DNA of 64,000 nt from positions 36,642,001-36,706,000 of the forward strand of contig NC_043007.1 in the NCBI RefSeq assembly GCF_006345805.1, read 5' to 3'. The notes under the pieces were generated by a model that saw only the letters and a list, made by a program, of their open reading frames with translations, was not told the origin of the DNA and searched no databases. The stretch is from Octopus sinensis (taxonomy: Eukaryota). Of the stretch, positions 24,375 through 38,704 are shown in pieces; positions within the stretch are counted from its first letter, which is position 1, and every line of letters begins with the position of its first letter. The translations under genes were made by a program, and so were the position numbers.

Positions 24375-24940
24375 TACGTATATAGTCGCAGATAGGTCGC
24401 ACTTTTTTGACCAAAAATTTCGTTAAAGATCAAGGATACAATCTATCCACTCGATATCACAGGGATCTGAAGTAGACGGCGGCGTATCAGTGACACGGTC
24501 ACTGATAACTACACAGTAACCGATGGAGAAGTAAAACGAATGTTTGACAGTGATGATGGCGAACAATAATTTTGGGGTTTCAATAACTATATCTAAAACA
24601 ATAAACACTTTTCTTATGTAACAATTTTTCTCTTCTGTTAGTTATTCTAGACGTTTTTTTCTTGTCAAGTTGATACTTATCGATTTTTTTTTGTCAAGTT
24701 GAATTATCAATTAGACTACTTTCATAAAGTCACTTCCACTAAAATGTTTTAATATTTGTAAGTAAAGTTTTGAAAAGAAGGAGAATATTTGAAAATATTT
24801 AACAAATACTGGTTATATTTATGTTGAATAAGAGCCGTGTAACTCCCCAGATTATAATGCACCCTATCTGCGAGTCAACAGCAAATCTCTACTTCCACAA
24901 CCCCAAACTAAGGGCGCTACCTATACACGAGTATATAAGG
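24375..24940. mobile_element. pogo/Tigger-like non-autonomous DNA element
   Basis: Degenerate CCGTATATACTCGAGTATA-type TIRs at both ends; internal MFDSDDGEQ*FWGF resembles an acidic pogo transposase C-terminus. Confidence 0.45.
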
Positions 24941-25274
24941 TAAATGCATGATTAAATGAAAACAATGTCGATAAATATGAATTACATTTGACGGAGTAAT
25001 CTGAATGCTAAATGCTCGGGAAATTTGTAGCATAGAACCAGAGGTGGTTTCAAGCGGGGTGGTTTCATAGGACTTTATGAAGTGAAGAAAGTTCCACCAC
25101 ACCTCAAATTTACATATTAAAAGTCTGTGATGTGGGGCACAAAGGCAAGACGTTTTTTTTCTTTTCTTTTTTTTATACAAAAGGAAACCAGAAGCTAAAT
25201 TATAATAGTAAGTATGAAAAATCAATTTTACTAGATTGAAAATAGTTCTACGAATTATTTCCAATCACTAGATA

Positions 25275-25679
25275 TCTATATATATAAAACTGAAGTTGTG
25301 TGGTGTCTGTCTCCTACAATTTAGATTCCTACTACTCCCACATTTTGCGGTGCAGTGTAGTTTAACCAAAAGCGGGTATCTTATAGTCGTGATTCATATC
25401 GAGCCCTTCTGGGTATTAGCGCCGCGTCTACGATGAGTCTACGATTTTTAAAAAATTACCATCATTTTTTCCCATTTAATGCATTTTTCGCTATTATATA
25501 AGGGAAGTACGAACCTCTAAAAAATGTCTACGATGAGTCAACGATTTAAAAAAAATTACCATCATTTTTTTTCCATTTTTAGTGCATTTTTTGCTATTAT
25601 ATATGGGAAGTAACTCTCTAAAAATGCTTATATAGTTATTTCCCTTACAAACCCGAGCAACGCCGGGCGATACTGCTAG
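25275..25679 (+). mobile_element. Non-autonomous Helitron-like element, family B
   Basis: A|TCTATATATATAAAAC ... CCCGAGCAACGCCGGGCGATACTGCTAG|T. Confidence 0.8.
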
Positions 25680-25817
25680 TATATATATATAAATATAGCA
25701 TTATAAATATCTTAGTAAATTTAACAGCCGTTAAGTTTCATATGTGCTATATATGAATAGCAACTAATGTACGTATGTGTGCAACTGTATGTAAGTATGT
25801 GTGTATATAATAATATA

Positions 25818-26034
25818 TGAAGGGTTACTGAAAAGTTCCTGGCCTTAAGGGTGTCGCAAAAGGACTGGTTGGAGGCGCAACCTTCCGTGTTCTTTTACAG
25901 AGCTTAGGGGAAAAGAAGGGCCACTGCAATAAGCGTATGAATCTGAGAGAGGAATATGTTGCATAAAATCATAATTAACCGATCGTCCTGTATTTTTTTT
26001 AGCCCAAGGCCAGGACCTTTTCAGCACCCCATCG
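25818..26034. mobile_element. mariner-derived MITE
   Basis: TIRs gggttactgaaaagttcctggc / gccaggaccttttcagcacccc; second copy at 34217. Confidence 0.7.
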
Positions 26035-26049
26035 TGTATTGTATACATA

Positions 26050-26462
26050 TGTAGATCTCTTTTACCTTTTATCATTAACTCGTTTCAGTTATTGGACTGC
26101 GGCCACGCTAGGGTGCCACCTTGAAAAATTTTTTTGTCAAATGAATAGACCCCAATACTTAATTTTGTTATGCCTGGTACTTATTCTACTGGACTCTAAC
26201 GCCGAACCGCTCAGCTACGGGGACGTAAACACACCAACACCGGTTGTCAAGTGCTGGTGGGAGGACAGGCACAGACACAAACACAGACACACACATACAC
26301 TGGGCTGCTTTCAGTTTCTGTCTACTAAATCCCCCTCACAAGGCTTTGGTCGGTCTGAAGCTATGGTAGAAGAAACTTGCCCAAGGTGCCACACATTAGA
26401 ACTGAACCAGGATTCATGAGGCTAGGAAACAGCCTTTTTTACTACACAGCCACGCCTGCACC
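26050..26462 (-). mobile_element. S1 SINE
   Basis: Reverse complement of both S1 halves. Confidence 0.75.
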
Positions 26463-27154
26463 TATTATGTAAGTACATGGGTGTGTACTTACATATACTT
26501 CTACCTCAGAAGGTACGAACAAAGGAGTACTCAGTAACGGACATAATGGTTACTCTTTTTACCACCTGAACAATCAAAAGTAGAAAAGGGTGGTAAAGCA
26601 ATGAATCATCAGCTTCTTACAAAATATGAATGCACTACCATCATCATCATCATCGTTTAACATCTTACTTTCTGTGTTGGCATGGGTTGGCTGCGTTATT
26701 GCACTCAGAGTTTACTGCCTTCATAGGACCACACCTTGCTTGAATGCTTCAGCAATTGGTTTCAATAGCTGAATGCCCCGCCTGTTACTGTGTGCGTGTG
26801 TGTGTGTGTGTCTGTGTGTGTGTGTAGATAGATAGATGGAATGTATGGGGGCAGGGGAATATTATATAGGACTTGTTTGCCTTGCCTTACTGCTTGTTGT
26901 CCTCATTAACAATGATAGGCAGACAGACAGGCAGATAGATACAAATATATGCACATACACACACATATTCATATACAATCATCATCATCATCATCAAATG
27001 ATGATGATGATGATTGAATATATATACATGTATATAAATATATGTATGTGTGTGTGTGTGCATATATTTGTATCTATCTATCTATCATTGTTAATGAGGA
27101 CAACAAACAGTAAGGCAAGGCAAACATCAAGTCATATACAATATTAACCCCCAT

Positions 27155-27155
27155 A

Positions 27156-27222
<67 letters not shown>

Positions 27223-27593
27223 TATACATATATATATTCATATACAAATAAGAAAATGGAGAAATACATTGAAATCAAATGATTTCGATGTATTTCTCCA
27301 TTTTCTTATTTTGTATTATGAATTTGTGGTAAAACCATTTTACCTTTGCCCATATAATACAATAAATGAATTAATTGTATCGCAATTCTTAACATTTATG
27401 TAATAACTTTGTTGGGTACCTCACTAGCAGTATATTGGATATATGGTATCCCATGGTGGGTTGCATTTACAACCCCTATCTCAATTTGTAACTATATATA
27501 TTCATATACATATATTTCATATACATACATATATATATATATATATAGATATTCATAACATACATATATATATATATATATATATAATCCATA

Positions 27594-27629
<36 letters not shown>

Positions 27630-28273
27630 CATATACCTACATATATATATATATATATATATTCATATACATACAATATATATATATATATAATTATTCA
27701 TATACCACATATATATATATATATTATATATATATATCAATACATACATATATATATATATATATTATACATTCATACTATATATATATAATATATATTC
27801 ATACATACATATATATATATATATATACATACATATATATATATATATATCTTATATATATATACATACACATATATATATATATATATATAATATATAT
27901 CTATAGATATATATTCATATACATACACTATATATATATATATATATATATTCATATACATACACTTATATTATATATATATATATATATATATTATTAT
28001 ATACATACCAATATATAATATATATATATATATTCATATACATACACATATATATTCTATATATATAATATATATATATATATTCATATACATACATATT
28101 ATATATATATATATATATATTCATATACATACACATATATATATATATATATTATATATATTCATTACATACATATATAATATATATATATATATATTCA
28201 TATAATACATATATATATATATATATATTCATAGACATATATATATATTAATATAATATATATTCATATACAT

Positions 28274-28309
<36 letters not shown>

Positions 28310-28312
28310 CAT

Positions 28313-28355
<43 letters not shown>

Positions 28356-28583
28356 TATACATACATATATATATATATCTATATATATATATATATATAA
28401 TATTCATATACATACCTATATTATATATATATATATATATCTATATATCTATATTCTCATATACATATATATATATATAATATATATAATATATATATTC
28501 ATATACATACATCATATATCTATATATATATATATTAATATATTCCATCACATATATATATATTATATATATATATTAATATA

Positions 28584-28633
<50 letters not shown>

Positions 28634-28684
28634 CATATACAGACATAATATATACTATATATATATACATATCATATACATATA

Positions 28685-28716
<32 letters not shown>

Positions 28717-28894
28717 TCATATACATACACATATATATATATCTTCTATATATTATATATAATTCATATACATACACATATATATATATATATATTCTAT
28801 AGTTCATATACATACACATATATATAATATATATATATATCATATATATTCTATACATACACATATATATATATATATATATATATCATTACAT

Positions 28895-28935
<41 letters not shown>

Positions 28936-29112
28936 TCTATTCATATACATACACATAGAATATATTTATATATATATTATACATTATATATATATACATC
29001 TATATATTCATATACATACCATATATATATATATACATATATATTCATATACATACACATATATATATCTATATATATATATATATATATAATATATATC
29101 TTTCATATACAT

Positions 29113-29157
<45 letters not shown>

Positions 29158-29175
29158 TATACATACACATATATA

Positions 29176-29207
<32 letters not shown>

Positions 29208-29222
29208 ATATCTTATATACAT

Positions 29223-29259
<37 letters not shown>

Positions 29260-29274
29260 TAATATTCATATACA

Positions 29275-29316
<42 letters not shown>

Positions 29317-29375
29317 TATCATACATCTAGATATATCTATATATAATATATATATATATATTCATATACATACAC

Positions 29376-29407
<32 letters not shown>

Positions 29408-29528
29408 ATCTATACATCACCCATATATATATATATATATATATTCATATACATACACATATATATATATATATATATATCATATAACATCACACATATA
29501 TATATATATATATATATTATATACATAC

Positions 29529-29563
<35 letters not shown>

Positions 29564-29694
29564 ATATTCATACACATATATATATATCTATATATATATA
29601 TAATATTCATATATATATATATAATATATATATATATTCATATACATACACACAATATATATTCATACATCACACATATTATATTCATATACAT

Positions 29695-29737
<43 letters not shown>

Positions 29738-29862
29738 ATAATATATTCATATATATATATATATCTATATTCATATACATACACATATATATATATTCAT
29801 ATACATACACATATATATATATATATTATATATTATATATATTATATTCATATACATACATA

Positions 29863-29895
<33 letters not shown>

Positions 29896-29999
29896 TCATA
29901 TTCATACCCATATATATATATATATATATATCTATTCATAATACATACACATATATATATATATATATATATTAATTCTTACATACACATATATATATA

Positions 30000-30030
<31 letters not shown>

Positions 30031-30192
30031 TCATATACATACACTATATAATTATATATATATATATATATTCATACACACATATATATATATAATATAT
30101 ATATTCAACACTATATATATATATATATACCATATATATATATATATATATCATATACATATCCTATATTATATAGATATATTCTATACTAC

Positions 30193-30223
<31 letters not shown>

Positions 30224-30305
30224 TCATATACATACACATATAATATATATTCATATCTACACATATATATATATATAGATATAATATATATATATATATT
30301 ATATA

Positions 30306-30339
<34 letters not shown>

Positions 30340-30419
30340 TATATATATAATATATATCTATATATATATTATATATATATATAGATATATTATATTCATA
30401 CATACACATATATATATTA

Positions 30420-30452
<33 letters not shown>

Positions 30453-30490
30453 TCATATACATATATATATTCATATAGATATATATTCAT
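27155..30490. repeat. ~3.3-kb compound (TA)n satellite with a recurring ATTCATATACATACAC motif
   Basis: Nearly pure TA with the motif recurring every few tens of bases; short non-repeat interruption at ~27245-27500. Confidence 0.95.
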
Positions 30491-30494
30491 ATGC

Positions 30495-30913
30495 CAACCC
30501 CCTTTGCTTGCGAAGACATGTTGGGGCAAGCGAAATCGAAATCCAATTGAACCAGCCAGGATCCCTGGTCTGGTGGTACGTAAAAAGCACTATCCGACTC
30601 GTGGCCGATGCAGTACTGCTCGACTGGCTTCCTCCGTGCCGGTGGCACATAAAATAACACCAATCCGACCGTGGCCGTTGCCAGCCTCGCCTGGCACCTG
30701 TGCAGGTGGCCGTAAAAAGCACCCCCACTACATACACTCACGGATTGGTTTGGCGTTAGGAAGGGCAATCCAGCTGTAGAAACATTGCCATTAGCTGGGA
30801 TTGCAAGCCTGGGAGCCTGGCAGCCTTCTGGCTTCCCAGATCCCCCCGTCGAAACCGTCCAACCCATGCTAGCATGGAAAACAGACGTTAAACGATGATG
30901 ATGATGATGATGA
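30495..30913 (+). mobile_element. RTE-tailed element, long version ending in (GAT)n
   Basis: cgtaaaaagcac...tggcgttaggaagggc...gcatggaaaacagacgttaaacgatgatgat. Confidence 0.75.
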
Positions 30914-30955
30914 TATATTAATATACATATATATTCACCGGAGTAAACACATAAA

Positions 30956-30992
30956 TGTCCGACAAACGGGAACGTGAAACTCAGAGTAACAG
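30956..30992 (+). ncRNA. Hammerhead-like motif of the 17.9-kb family with a mutated core
   Basis: TGT-CCGACAA-ACG(ggaa)CGT-GAA-ACTC(a)GAGT-A-ACAG, with the same downstream ttttgttgaattttctgctgc. Confidence 0.45.
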
Positions 30993-31231
30993 GTTTTGTT
31001 GAATTTTCTGCTGCTTTAAATAAAGTATATATATATTCATATACATATATATATTCATATACATATATATATATTCATATACATATATATATATATTCAT
31101 ATACATATACACATATACATACATATATACATACACATATACATATATACATACATACACATATACATATATACATACATACATACATACATACATATGT
31201 GTGTGTGTGTGTGTATATATATATTCATATA

Positions 31232-31749
31232 CTAGCTGACATACCCGATATTTCCCGGGAAAGTGGGGCTTATCCCTTGGTTCTGTTCTCATAATTGTTT
31301 CGCTAATCCAATAACAACAATACAAAGTATGTAGCCCTTAAAATGGTTTTTGTGCATTTACAGAGAATACCAAACTGTATTACACAGGATTCTGTTTTTA
31401 GGAATTCCCAATAAGTTATGAATATCCAAAATGTGAAGTCAGTTATGTAATAACATGATATTATTACCCGATAGTAAGAATTCAAATAAAGTAACCCTGA
31501 AAAGGGCTTTAATACATTTTCAGAGTATGTAGAACATAGGAGGAAATACCAATAAGGTATGTATACTAAAATCGTGAAGCATGTTACGTAATACCAGGCT
31601 AATCTAATATGAGATAATAACAATTCAAAGTAAATAACTCTGAAAAGGGCCTTTGTGCATTCCCAGAGAATATTACTGTCAGGGGTGCTAGTGTTGAAAT
31701 AGATTTACAATGAATGTAGAAACAGACTGACATTTAGTTTTACAGTAGA
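31232..31749 (-). mobile_element. Non-autonomous Helitron-like element, family C
   Basis: 5' TCTACTGTAAAACTAAATG; 3' CCCGGGAAATATCGGG..CAGCTAG. A similar 3' end (cccgggaattactggg..cagctag) lies at 45686-45712. Confidence 0.6.
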
Positions 31750-31784
31750 CATTTATGGTTTGCAATACTAACTTTAGGAAACCT

Positions 31785-33124
31785 GCCAGTCACCTAGTCA
31801 CCTATCGTTCTGGCAAACACACTAGCCAAATTGACTACATCCTCGCCAGAAAAAGGGAAAGATAGCTGCTTATAAATGCCAAAACCTTTCCAGATGAAGA
31901 ATGTACCCCACAACATAGACTGGTAGTTAGTGACTTCCGGATCAGGGCTAAGTAGATGCCCAGAAGGCAACCAGCATGGAGGAGAAGGGTCTTGAAGCTT
32001 AAAGATGTGAATGGACAGAGATTTAGAGACATATTACTTGAAGCCTTTGACGAAATAGAAGGGGATATAGCTTGCACAATGTAGAAGACAACTGGAGGTT
32101 TCTACGGGACAACCTGCTGAGGGCCACTGACCAAATCTGTGGATTGTGCAAAGTCCCCTCCCAACCCAAAATAACATGGTGGTGGAACAATGTTGTTGAC
32201 AGGGCTATTAGACAAAAGAAACAGGCTTGGAAGGACTGGAAGAACGGTGGTAGCAGGGATTTGTATCAGACTGCCAGAAGGGAAGCTAGGAGACAGGTTT
32301 ATTTAGCCAGAGGGGAAGCAGATAAGAAAAAATTTGCCAATGTTCTGCGCCATGAGGACCAAAGAATTGAGGTGTTTCGTGTTACAAGACAATGTGTGAG
32401 AGAGAATCGTGATGTTGTAGGAGAGAAATGTGTCTGCATGGACGATGGTACTCTTGCACTAAACAAGGCTGCAAAGAGAGAGGTTTGTAGATGCCACTAT
32501 GAAAGGTTGCTCAATAAAGAAAATGAACAGGAGAAAGAGAGTCTGCTGAATGTCAACCCAACAGAGGGACCAGCTATCCAAGTTGACAGTACCTTGGTAG
32601 ATAAAGCAATTAAAAGTATGAAGACAGGGAAAGCCCCTGGCCCGTCAAGAATCACTGCAGAGATGCTCAAAATATCTGGCAGTGTCGGCTATAGCCAAAT
32701 CACTCATATAGTTAACCAGGTGATACACGAAGGAGTCATACCAAATGACTGGTGTAGCAGCATAATAGTCAACTGCTACAAAGGTAAAAGTGACACTTTA
32801 GATACAAATAATTACAGAAGTATCAAGTTGTTGGATGAGGTAATGAAGGTCACGGAGAGGGTCATAGACCAACTAATTAGGGACAGGATCAGTTTAGACG
32901 AGATGCAGTTTGGGTTCATGCCAGAGAAAAGCACCACTGATGCTATATTTCTGGTAAGACAGCTGCAGGAGAAATACCTAGCCAAAGATAAATCTCTGTA
33001 CCTGGCTTTCATTGACACGGAGAAAGCCTTTGACAAGGTCCCCCGATCCCTTATCTGGTGGTCAGTGAGGAAACTAGGGATAGATGAATGGTTAGTGAGA
33101 GCTGTGCAAGCCATGTACAGGGAT
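31785..33124 (+). pseudogene. RTE-clade LINE ORF2 fragment (APE C-terminus + RT N-half)
   Basis: QIDYILARK..PQHRLVVSDF, then ORF 32072-33157 with NYRSIKLL, QFGFMP.KSTTDAIF, AFIDTEKAFDKVPR; truncated after QAMYRD. Confidence 0.9.
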
Positions 33125-33937
33125 TATACATGTTGTTGGATTATATTAATGCAATAATATGCATAATATATGTAACAAGCAACAATGACTAGTGAATAAT
33201 GATGCGTTGAAACAATTATTGTGATTTGTATGCGTGAGTGAATGTGTATTGTCAATGTTTATACAACTGTGAGACATGTGAAAAATATTGTGTGTTCACA
33301 TGTGTGTGGTGTGATGTGCTTAGTGAAACAAAGTGATATGGTGTACATGCATGCATGGTATTATGATGGGAACAACAGTGTGTGAGAGTGCACATGTGCA
33401 TGCATGTTTGTGTGTATTTTTGCACATCTCTACAGCTACAAGAAATCAAGTCATTTATTTCATCCTTTAGCATTTAAACCAACAATATCTGGACCAGGGC
33501 TAATGTGTGTTAGTCCACATTGATCCATTGATCCACATTGTTTTGAAAGGTACTTGGTAACCTCAGCACTGCTGATGCCACATTAAAAGCACCCTGTGCA
33601 CTCTGTAAAGTGGGTGACATTAGGAAGGGCCTCCAGTCACAGAAATCATGCCAAAGCAGAGAGTAGAGCTTGGTGTAGTCTTCTGACCTGTTAGATCTTG
33701 TTGTATCATCCAACCCATACCAGCTTAGAAAATAGACATATGATGATGATGATGATGATGATGGTGATATGTTTGTGTGCGTGTGTGTGTGTACGAACAA
33801 ATATACACTCACAAGTCTTTGGTTGGCCCAACACTATAGTATAAAACTCTTGCCCAAGGTGATGTGAAGTGGAACTGAACTCCAAATCACATGGTTGTAA
33901 AGCAAGCTTCTAAAGCACACAGCTATGCCTGCACCTA

Positions 33938-33968
<31 letters not shown>

Positions 33969-34216
33969 CATTGTATCTGGCTAAGTGAGCAGGCCAACAC
34001 AAGAAATAGTGAGAGAAAGTTGTGGCAAAAGAGTAGAGCAGGGATCGCCACTACCCCCTGCCGGAGATTCGTGGAGCTTTAGGTGTTTTCGCTAAATAAA
34101 CACTCACAACATCTGGTCTGGGAATCGAAACCACGATCCTACAACCGCGAGTCCGCTGCCCTAACCACTGGGCCATTGCGCTTCCACATATATATATATA
34201 TATACATACACATACA

Positions 34217-34435
34217 CAAGGGGTTGCTGAAAAGTTCCTGGCTTTCGGGGTACTGTGAAAGGCCTGGTTGGAAACCCAACCTTCTGAGTTCTTTTTTACA
34301 GGGCTTAGCAAAACTGAAGGGCTGCTGCAATAAGTGTGCGAATTTCAAAAGGGAATATGTTGAATAAAATCATAATTAAATGATCCTTCTGTATTTTCTC
34401 TTACCCGAAGCCTGGACCTTTTCAGTACCCACTTG
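34217..34435. mobile_element. mariner-derived MITE (same family as 25818)
   Basis: Same TIRs; internal GCCNKCANFKREYVE* resembles the mariner C-terminal WxKCVxxxGEYVE motif. Confidence 0.7.
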
Positions 34436-35079
34436 TATAAAGAGAGAGAGAGAAACAGAGAGAGTGAGAGGAACAGACTGACAAAGACAGACAGTCAAAG
34501 ACATACTAACAGGCAGTTAGGCAGGCAGACAGAAAGAATGAGGATGTCTGAGATACCAAGGGAAAAATCAGAAAAAGAAAAGAAAAAAAAAAAGAAGTCC
34601 CAAAATATTTTTCTTGGGGAAAGGGTTAAATAGAGAATTCTAGTTGAAAAGCAAATGGGGAGAAGAGGGAAGTCTGTGAACTACTCTGAAACTGGACAAG
34701 AATGGTTGGAATGATATAGGTAGCTTAAATATGTAGAATATGGTTATAGTAATAACAGGGTAAACAGTAGAAGTGTCCATGATGGTGGTGGTGGTGATGG
34801 AGTTAGTGGATATATTTTGTGGTGGTGGTGGTGGTGGTGGTGGTAATGAAGATATTTTGTAATGGTGGAGTGATGGTAGAAGTGATGGAAGCAGAGATGG
34901 TGGTAGAAGTGGGTTTATTTTGTAGTGGTAGTGGTGATAATGACACTGGTGGTAGGAGTAACAATTTTTTTTTTTGATAGTCGTAGTGGTGATGGTGATG
35001 CCAGTAATGGTGGTAACTAATGGTGGTGATGGTAATGGTGGTGGTGATGGCAGTTCTATATGCTGTTTAGCCCCAGATC

Positions 35080-35758
35080 TTTTTATCTTTTGTCTTTCAC
35101 TTGTTTCTGTCACTAGACTGCAGCCATACTGAGGCACCGCCCTGAAGAATTTTACTCAAACAAATTGACCCTAGTACTTATGTTTTTACCTCTTTGTGTG
35201 TTTGTGTGAAGCCTGGCACTTATTGTATTGATCTCTTTTTTCCAAACCACTAAGATACATGGATGTAAACACACCAACACCGGTTGTCAATTAGGAATGG
35301 AGGACAAACACAGACATAAAGACACTCACACACACACACAAAGATATATACATATATACAAATGGCTTTTTTCAGTTTCCATCTATCAAATCCATTCACA
35401 AGGCTTTGGTCAGCCCAAGGCCATAGTAGAAGACACTATCTTCAGGTGCCACACAGTGGGACTGAACTTGGGACCATGTGGCTGGAAAGCAAACTTCGTT
35501 TTTCTTTTTTGCTCTCTTTTTGTTTTTCTTGAGGTTGAGATGCTTTTGGAAAACTCGGGTCCGGCTTAGAGGCGTTCAGCCGTTATCACTCAGAGGCAGC
35601 CTGGCACCACTGCTCCATCGAGCGAGCACGCAAACCATTGCTCTGATCCCGTGGTTCCTCTCGTACTGGACGGGATAGCCATAGCCAAGTTGACGTCACC
35701 GGCGCCCGCCTAAGGTCAGCGGAAGCGTCAGCGACAGACGACCACACAGCTATGCCTG
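35080..35758 (-). mobile_element. S1 SINE with its head split by the 28S fragment
   Basis: Head caggcatagctgtgtggt (35741-35758) is separated from gaagtttgctttccagccacatgg (ending at 35497) by a 243-nt insert. Confidence 0.75.
35498..35740 (-). pseudogene. Retroposed LSU (28S) rRNA fragment including the sarcin-ricin loop, with an A-rich tail
   Basis: Minus strand reads CAGTACGAGAGGAACC (SRL; core at 35654-35667), then TGG...GATAACGGCTGAACGCCTCTAAG, colinear with the eukaryotic 28S 3' domain as I recall it; A-rich tail 35498-35530. Confidence 0.8.
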
Positions 35759-37224
35759 TTTGGTGTAACAATCAAAGGCGCTCCAGCATTGATCATTTCA
35801 ATTTGATTTTTGTTTGTTTTTTTTTAAGATACAATTGTATCAAGGATACATTATCTGATGTATCTTTTTCTAAAGGACTTCTGGGTATGATTTCAGGGAG
35901 ATTTGGCTGTTATCTCTTGCAAGTCAAGTGAATACATAGAGGATGCTTCATAGATAAGCAGCCTTGCTGCTGTCAATGACAAGGATGATGGATGAGGCAG
36001 TGAATGTAGATGTGGTAGTGGTTGTTTCTGTTGACGTTTAACCCTAGGTCAACTCTGATTAAGCAGACCTATAATCAAAGGCATTCCAGTCATGACCATC
36101 CCACTCTTTATTTACAAGGGGGAAGGTTTATCTAGAACAACATTACCTAATACATGAGCCTTTCCTTCTCAACGACGGTGATTAGAGAGGTGGGAATGTG
36201 GATGTTATGTCTAGCATGATTAGTGGTCACATGGTGGCCACACATGTTAACCGTCTGTGTTAGTGGTGATACTGATGATGATGGTGATACCAGTGTTGAC
36301 AACTGTGGTGGTGATTGTGAGGGTGGCAACACAGTGGCGGCAGTGGTGGTAATTATGATAGTGATGGTAATTATGGTGGTGGCTGTGGTGGTAATAGTTG
36401 TGAGAGGAGAAGTAGTGGTAGTGGAAGGAGTGGTAGCAGCAGCAGGAGCAGCCGTTCAAGAATTTAAACCTGGAAATCTCCATTTCCAGTGACTTCGAGG
36501 GCCACCTCCCAGTGGTGTCGGGCGTCAACAAAGAGCCCTCGACTACAAGATGTCCAAAGTTTTTTTTTTCCAAGGTCTGGGGTCTCCCCGCCCCTAAGCC
36601 CTAGACCATCACCTAATCACCCTTACCCGGCTTGTTGCTTAACAACAACAGCAATAGCAGTGGTATTCATGACAATGATGGTGGTGGTGATCATAGTTAA
36701 AGTCACAGTGATAGTAGTTGTAATGGTAGTGGTGGTAGCGGTGGTGGTGGTGGTGGTAGAGGTGGTGGTAGTTTATCTGTTTTATTTACTCTAAGCTGGC
36801 AAACTGGTAAAACTGTAAGCCTGCCAGGCAAAACACTTAGCAATATTTCTTCCAGTTCTTCATGTTCAAAGTTCAAACACTGCCAAGGTCAACTTTGTCT
36901 TTTCATTATTTCAGGATCAATAAAAAAAAAAAGGACCAGTCAAGTACTGGGGTTGATATAATCGAGTAACCCCCGCCCCACTCCAACTAAAATTGCTGGC
37001 CTTGAGCCAAAATTTGAGACAATTCTTTATTTACTGTATATCACCAATTCATAAACAATGGCATCCTTTCTTACAGGCTTCCAACAGGCCAAGCACGGGT
37101 TCATTGTATTTCTGATAATGAGAGTGACAAGAGAGTGTCTGTAACTCAATGCAGAACAAATATCTCAAGGGGCGTCATTCTTAAAGCAACAGTTTTTCAA
37201 TTTTGCTCAACAATGTCTATACCC

Positions 37225-37455
37225 ATTTCTTTACTGCCCACAAGGGGCTAAATACAGAGAGGACAAACAAAGACAGACAAACGGATTAAGTCGATTATAT
37301 CAACCTCAGTACGCAACTGGTACTTATTTAATCGACCCCGAAAGGATGAAAGGCAAAGTCGACCTCAGTGGAATTTGAACTCAGAACGTAACAGCAGACG
37401 AAATACTGCTAAGCATTTCGCCTGGCATGCTAACATTTCTGCCAGCTCACCTCCT
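37225..37455 (-). mobile_element. tRNA-derived SINE family S2, monomer with a 16-bp TSD
   Basis: TSD aacaatgtctataccc at 37209-37224 and 37458-37473; B box GAGTTCAAATTCC; core gcctttcatcctttcggggtcgat. Confidence 0.85.
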
Positions 37456-37513
37456 TTAACAATGTCTATACCCTTTGCCAATATAAATCACTGAAAGTCT
37501 CACACATGCATGT

Positions 37514-37566
<53 letters not shown>

Positions 37567-38203
37567 TGTGCACACACACTTGTCTATTCATTGTATATCC
37601 TGCCCCAAATGACTAAAACAAGTAAAAGAATAAAGAATAAAAGAATATATCATCACCATCATCATCATCACCATTTTAACAGCCACTTTTCCTTACACAC
37701 ATGGGCAGATGGAATTTGTGAATGATGATTTTCTGCGGCCAGATGCCCTTCCTGTCACCAACACTTATTTGTTTCCAGACCAGGTAATATTTACCATGAT
37801 CAGACATGTTTTTTACATGAGGATGGAAACAAACGAAATCGCCTGTATGACAATGATGAGCTTGCTTACGACTATCACAGATACTGAAGCAAAGACACAT
37901 ACAGACGTACACACATAAACACACACATGCACACAGCAGGCTTCTTTCACTTTGTTTCTACCAAATCCGCTCATGGGTTGTGGTTGACCAAGGTGTGGTT
38001 AAGTAGGGCTGAAACTGAAACCACATGGTCTAGAAGACTTATTAACCATATGTTCATGCCCGTGACTATGAGAGAGAGAGAGAGAGGGGGGGGAGATGAT
38101 AAGGACATATATGTACTTGATAATAATCTGAGCTCAAAATTACCATTGGACCAGTTATAAAATGTGTGTGTGTGTGCATGCAGATGTTCATATATATATA
38201 TGT

Positions 38204-38480
38204 GGAGGCGCAATGGCCCAGTGGTTAGGGCAGCGGACTCGCAGTCGTAGGATCGCGGTTTCGCTTCCCAGACCGGGTGTTGTGAGGTTTATTGAGCAAA
38301 AACACCTAAAAGCTCCACGAGGCTCCGCAGGGCATGGTTGATCCCTGCTGTACTCTTTCACCACTCTTTCTTCTACTCTGTTGCCTGCTCGCTTAGCCAG
38401 CGGGGTGGCGTCATCACAGGCAAACAATGCGAACGCATTGTGACCAGCGATGTGTAACTACATCTGAAGGGCTGGTCGGT

Positions 38481-38487
<7 letters not shown>
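38204..38487 (+). mobile_element. tRNA-derived SINE family S3
   Basis: ggaggcgcaatggcccagtggttagggcagcggactcg head; other copies at ~33975-34185 (-), 44075-44150 (+) and 44789-45100 (-). Confidence 0.8.
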
Positions 38488-38511
<24 letters not shown>

Positions 38512-38555
38512 CAGAAATTGTACACCTGTAATATATATATAATATGACGTGACAC

Positions 38556-38603
<48 letters not shown>

Positions 38604-38673
38604 ATATATATATATATATATATATCATATATATACAGCAGTAGATTGTACTCTGAGTTTCTCGTTGATCATA

Positions 38674-38704
<31 letters not shown>

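Noticed and set aside
27443-28018. 191-aa IY-rich ORF and similar ORFs at 59 kb
   Set aside because: They are (TA)n translations.
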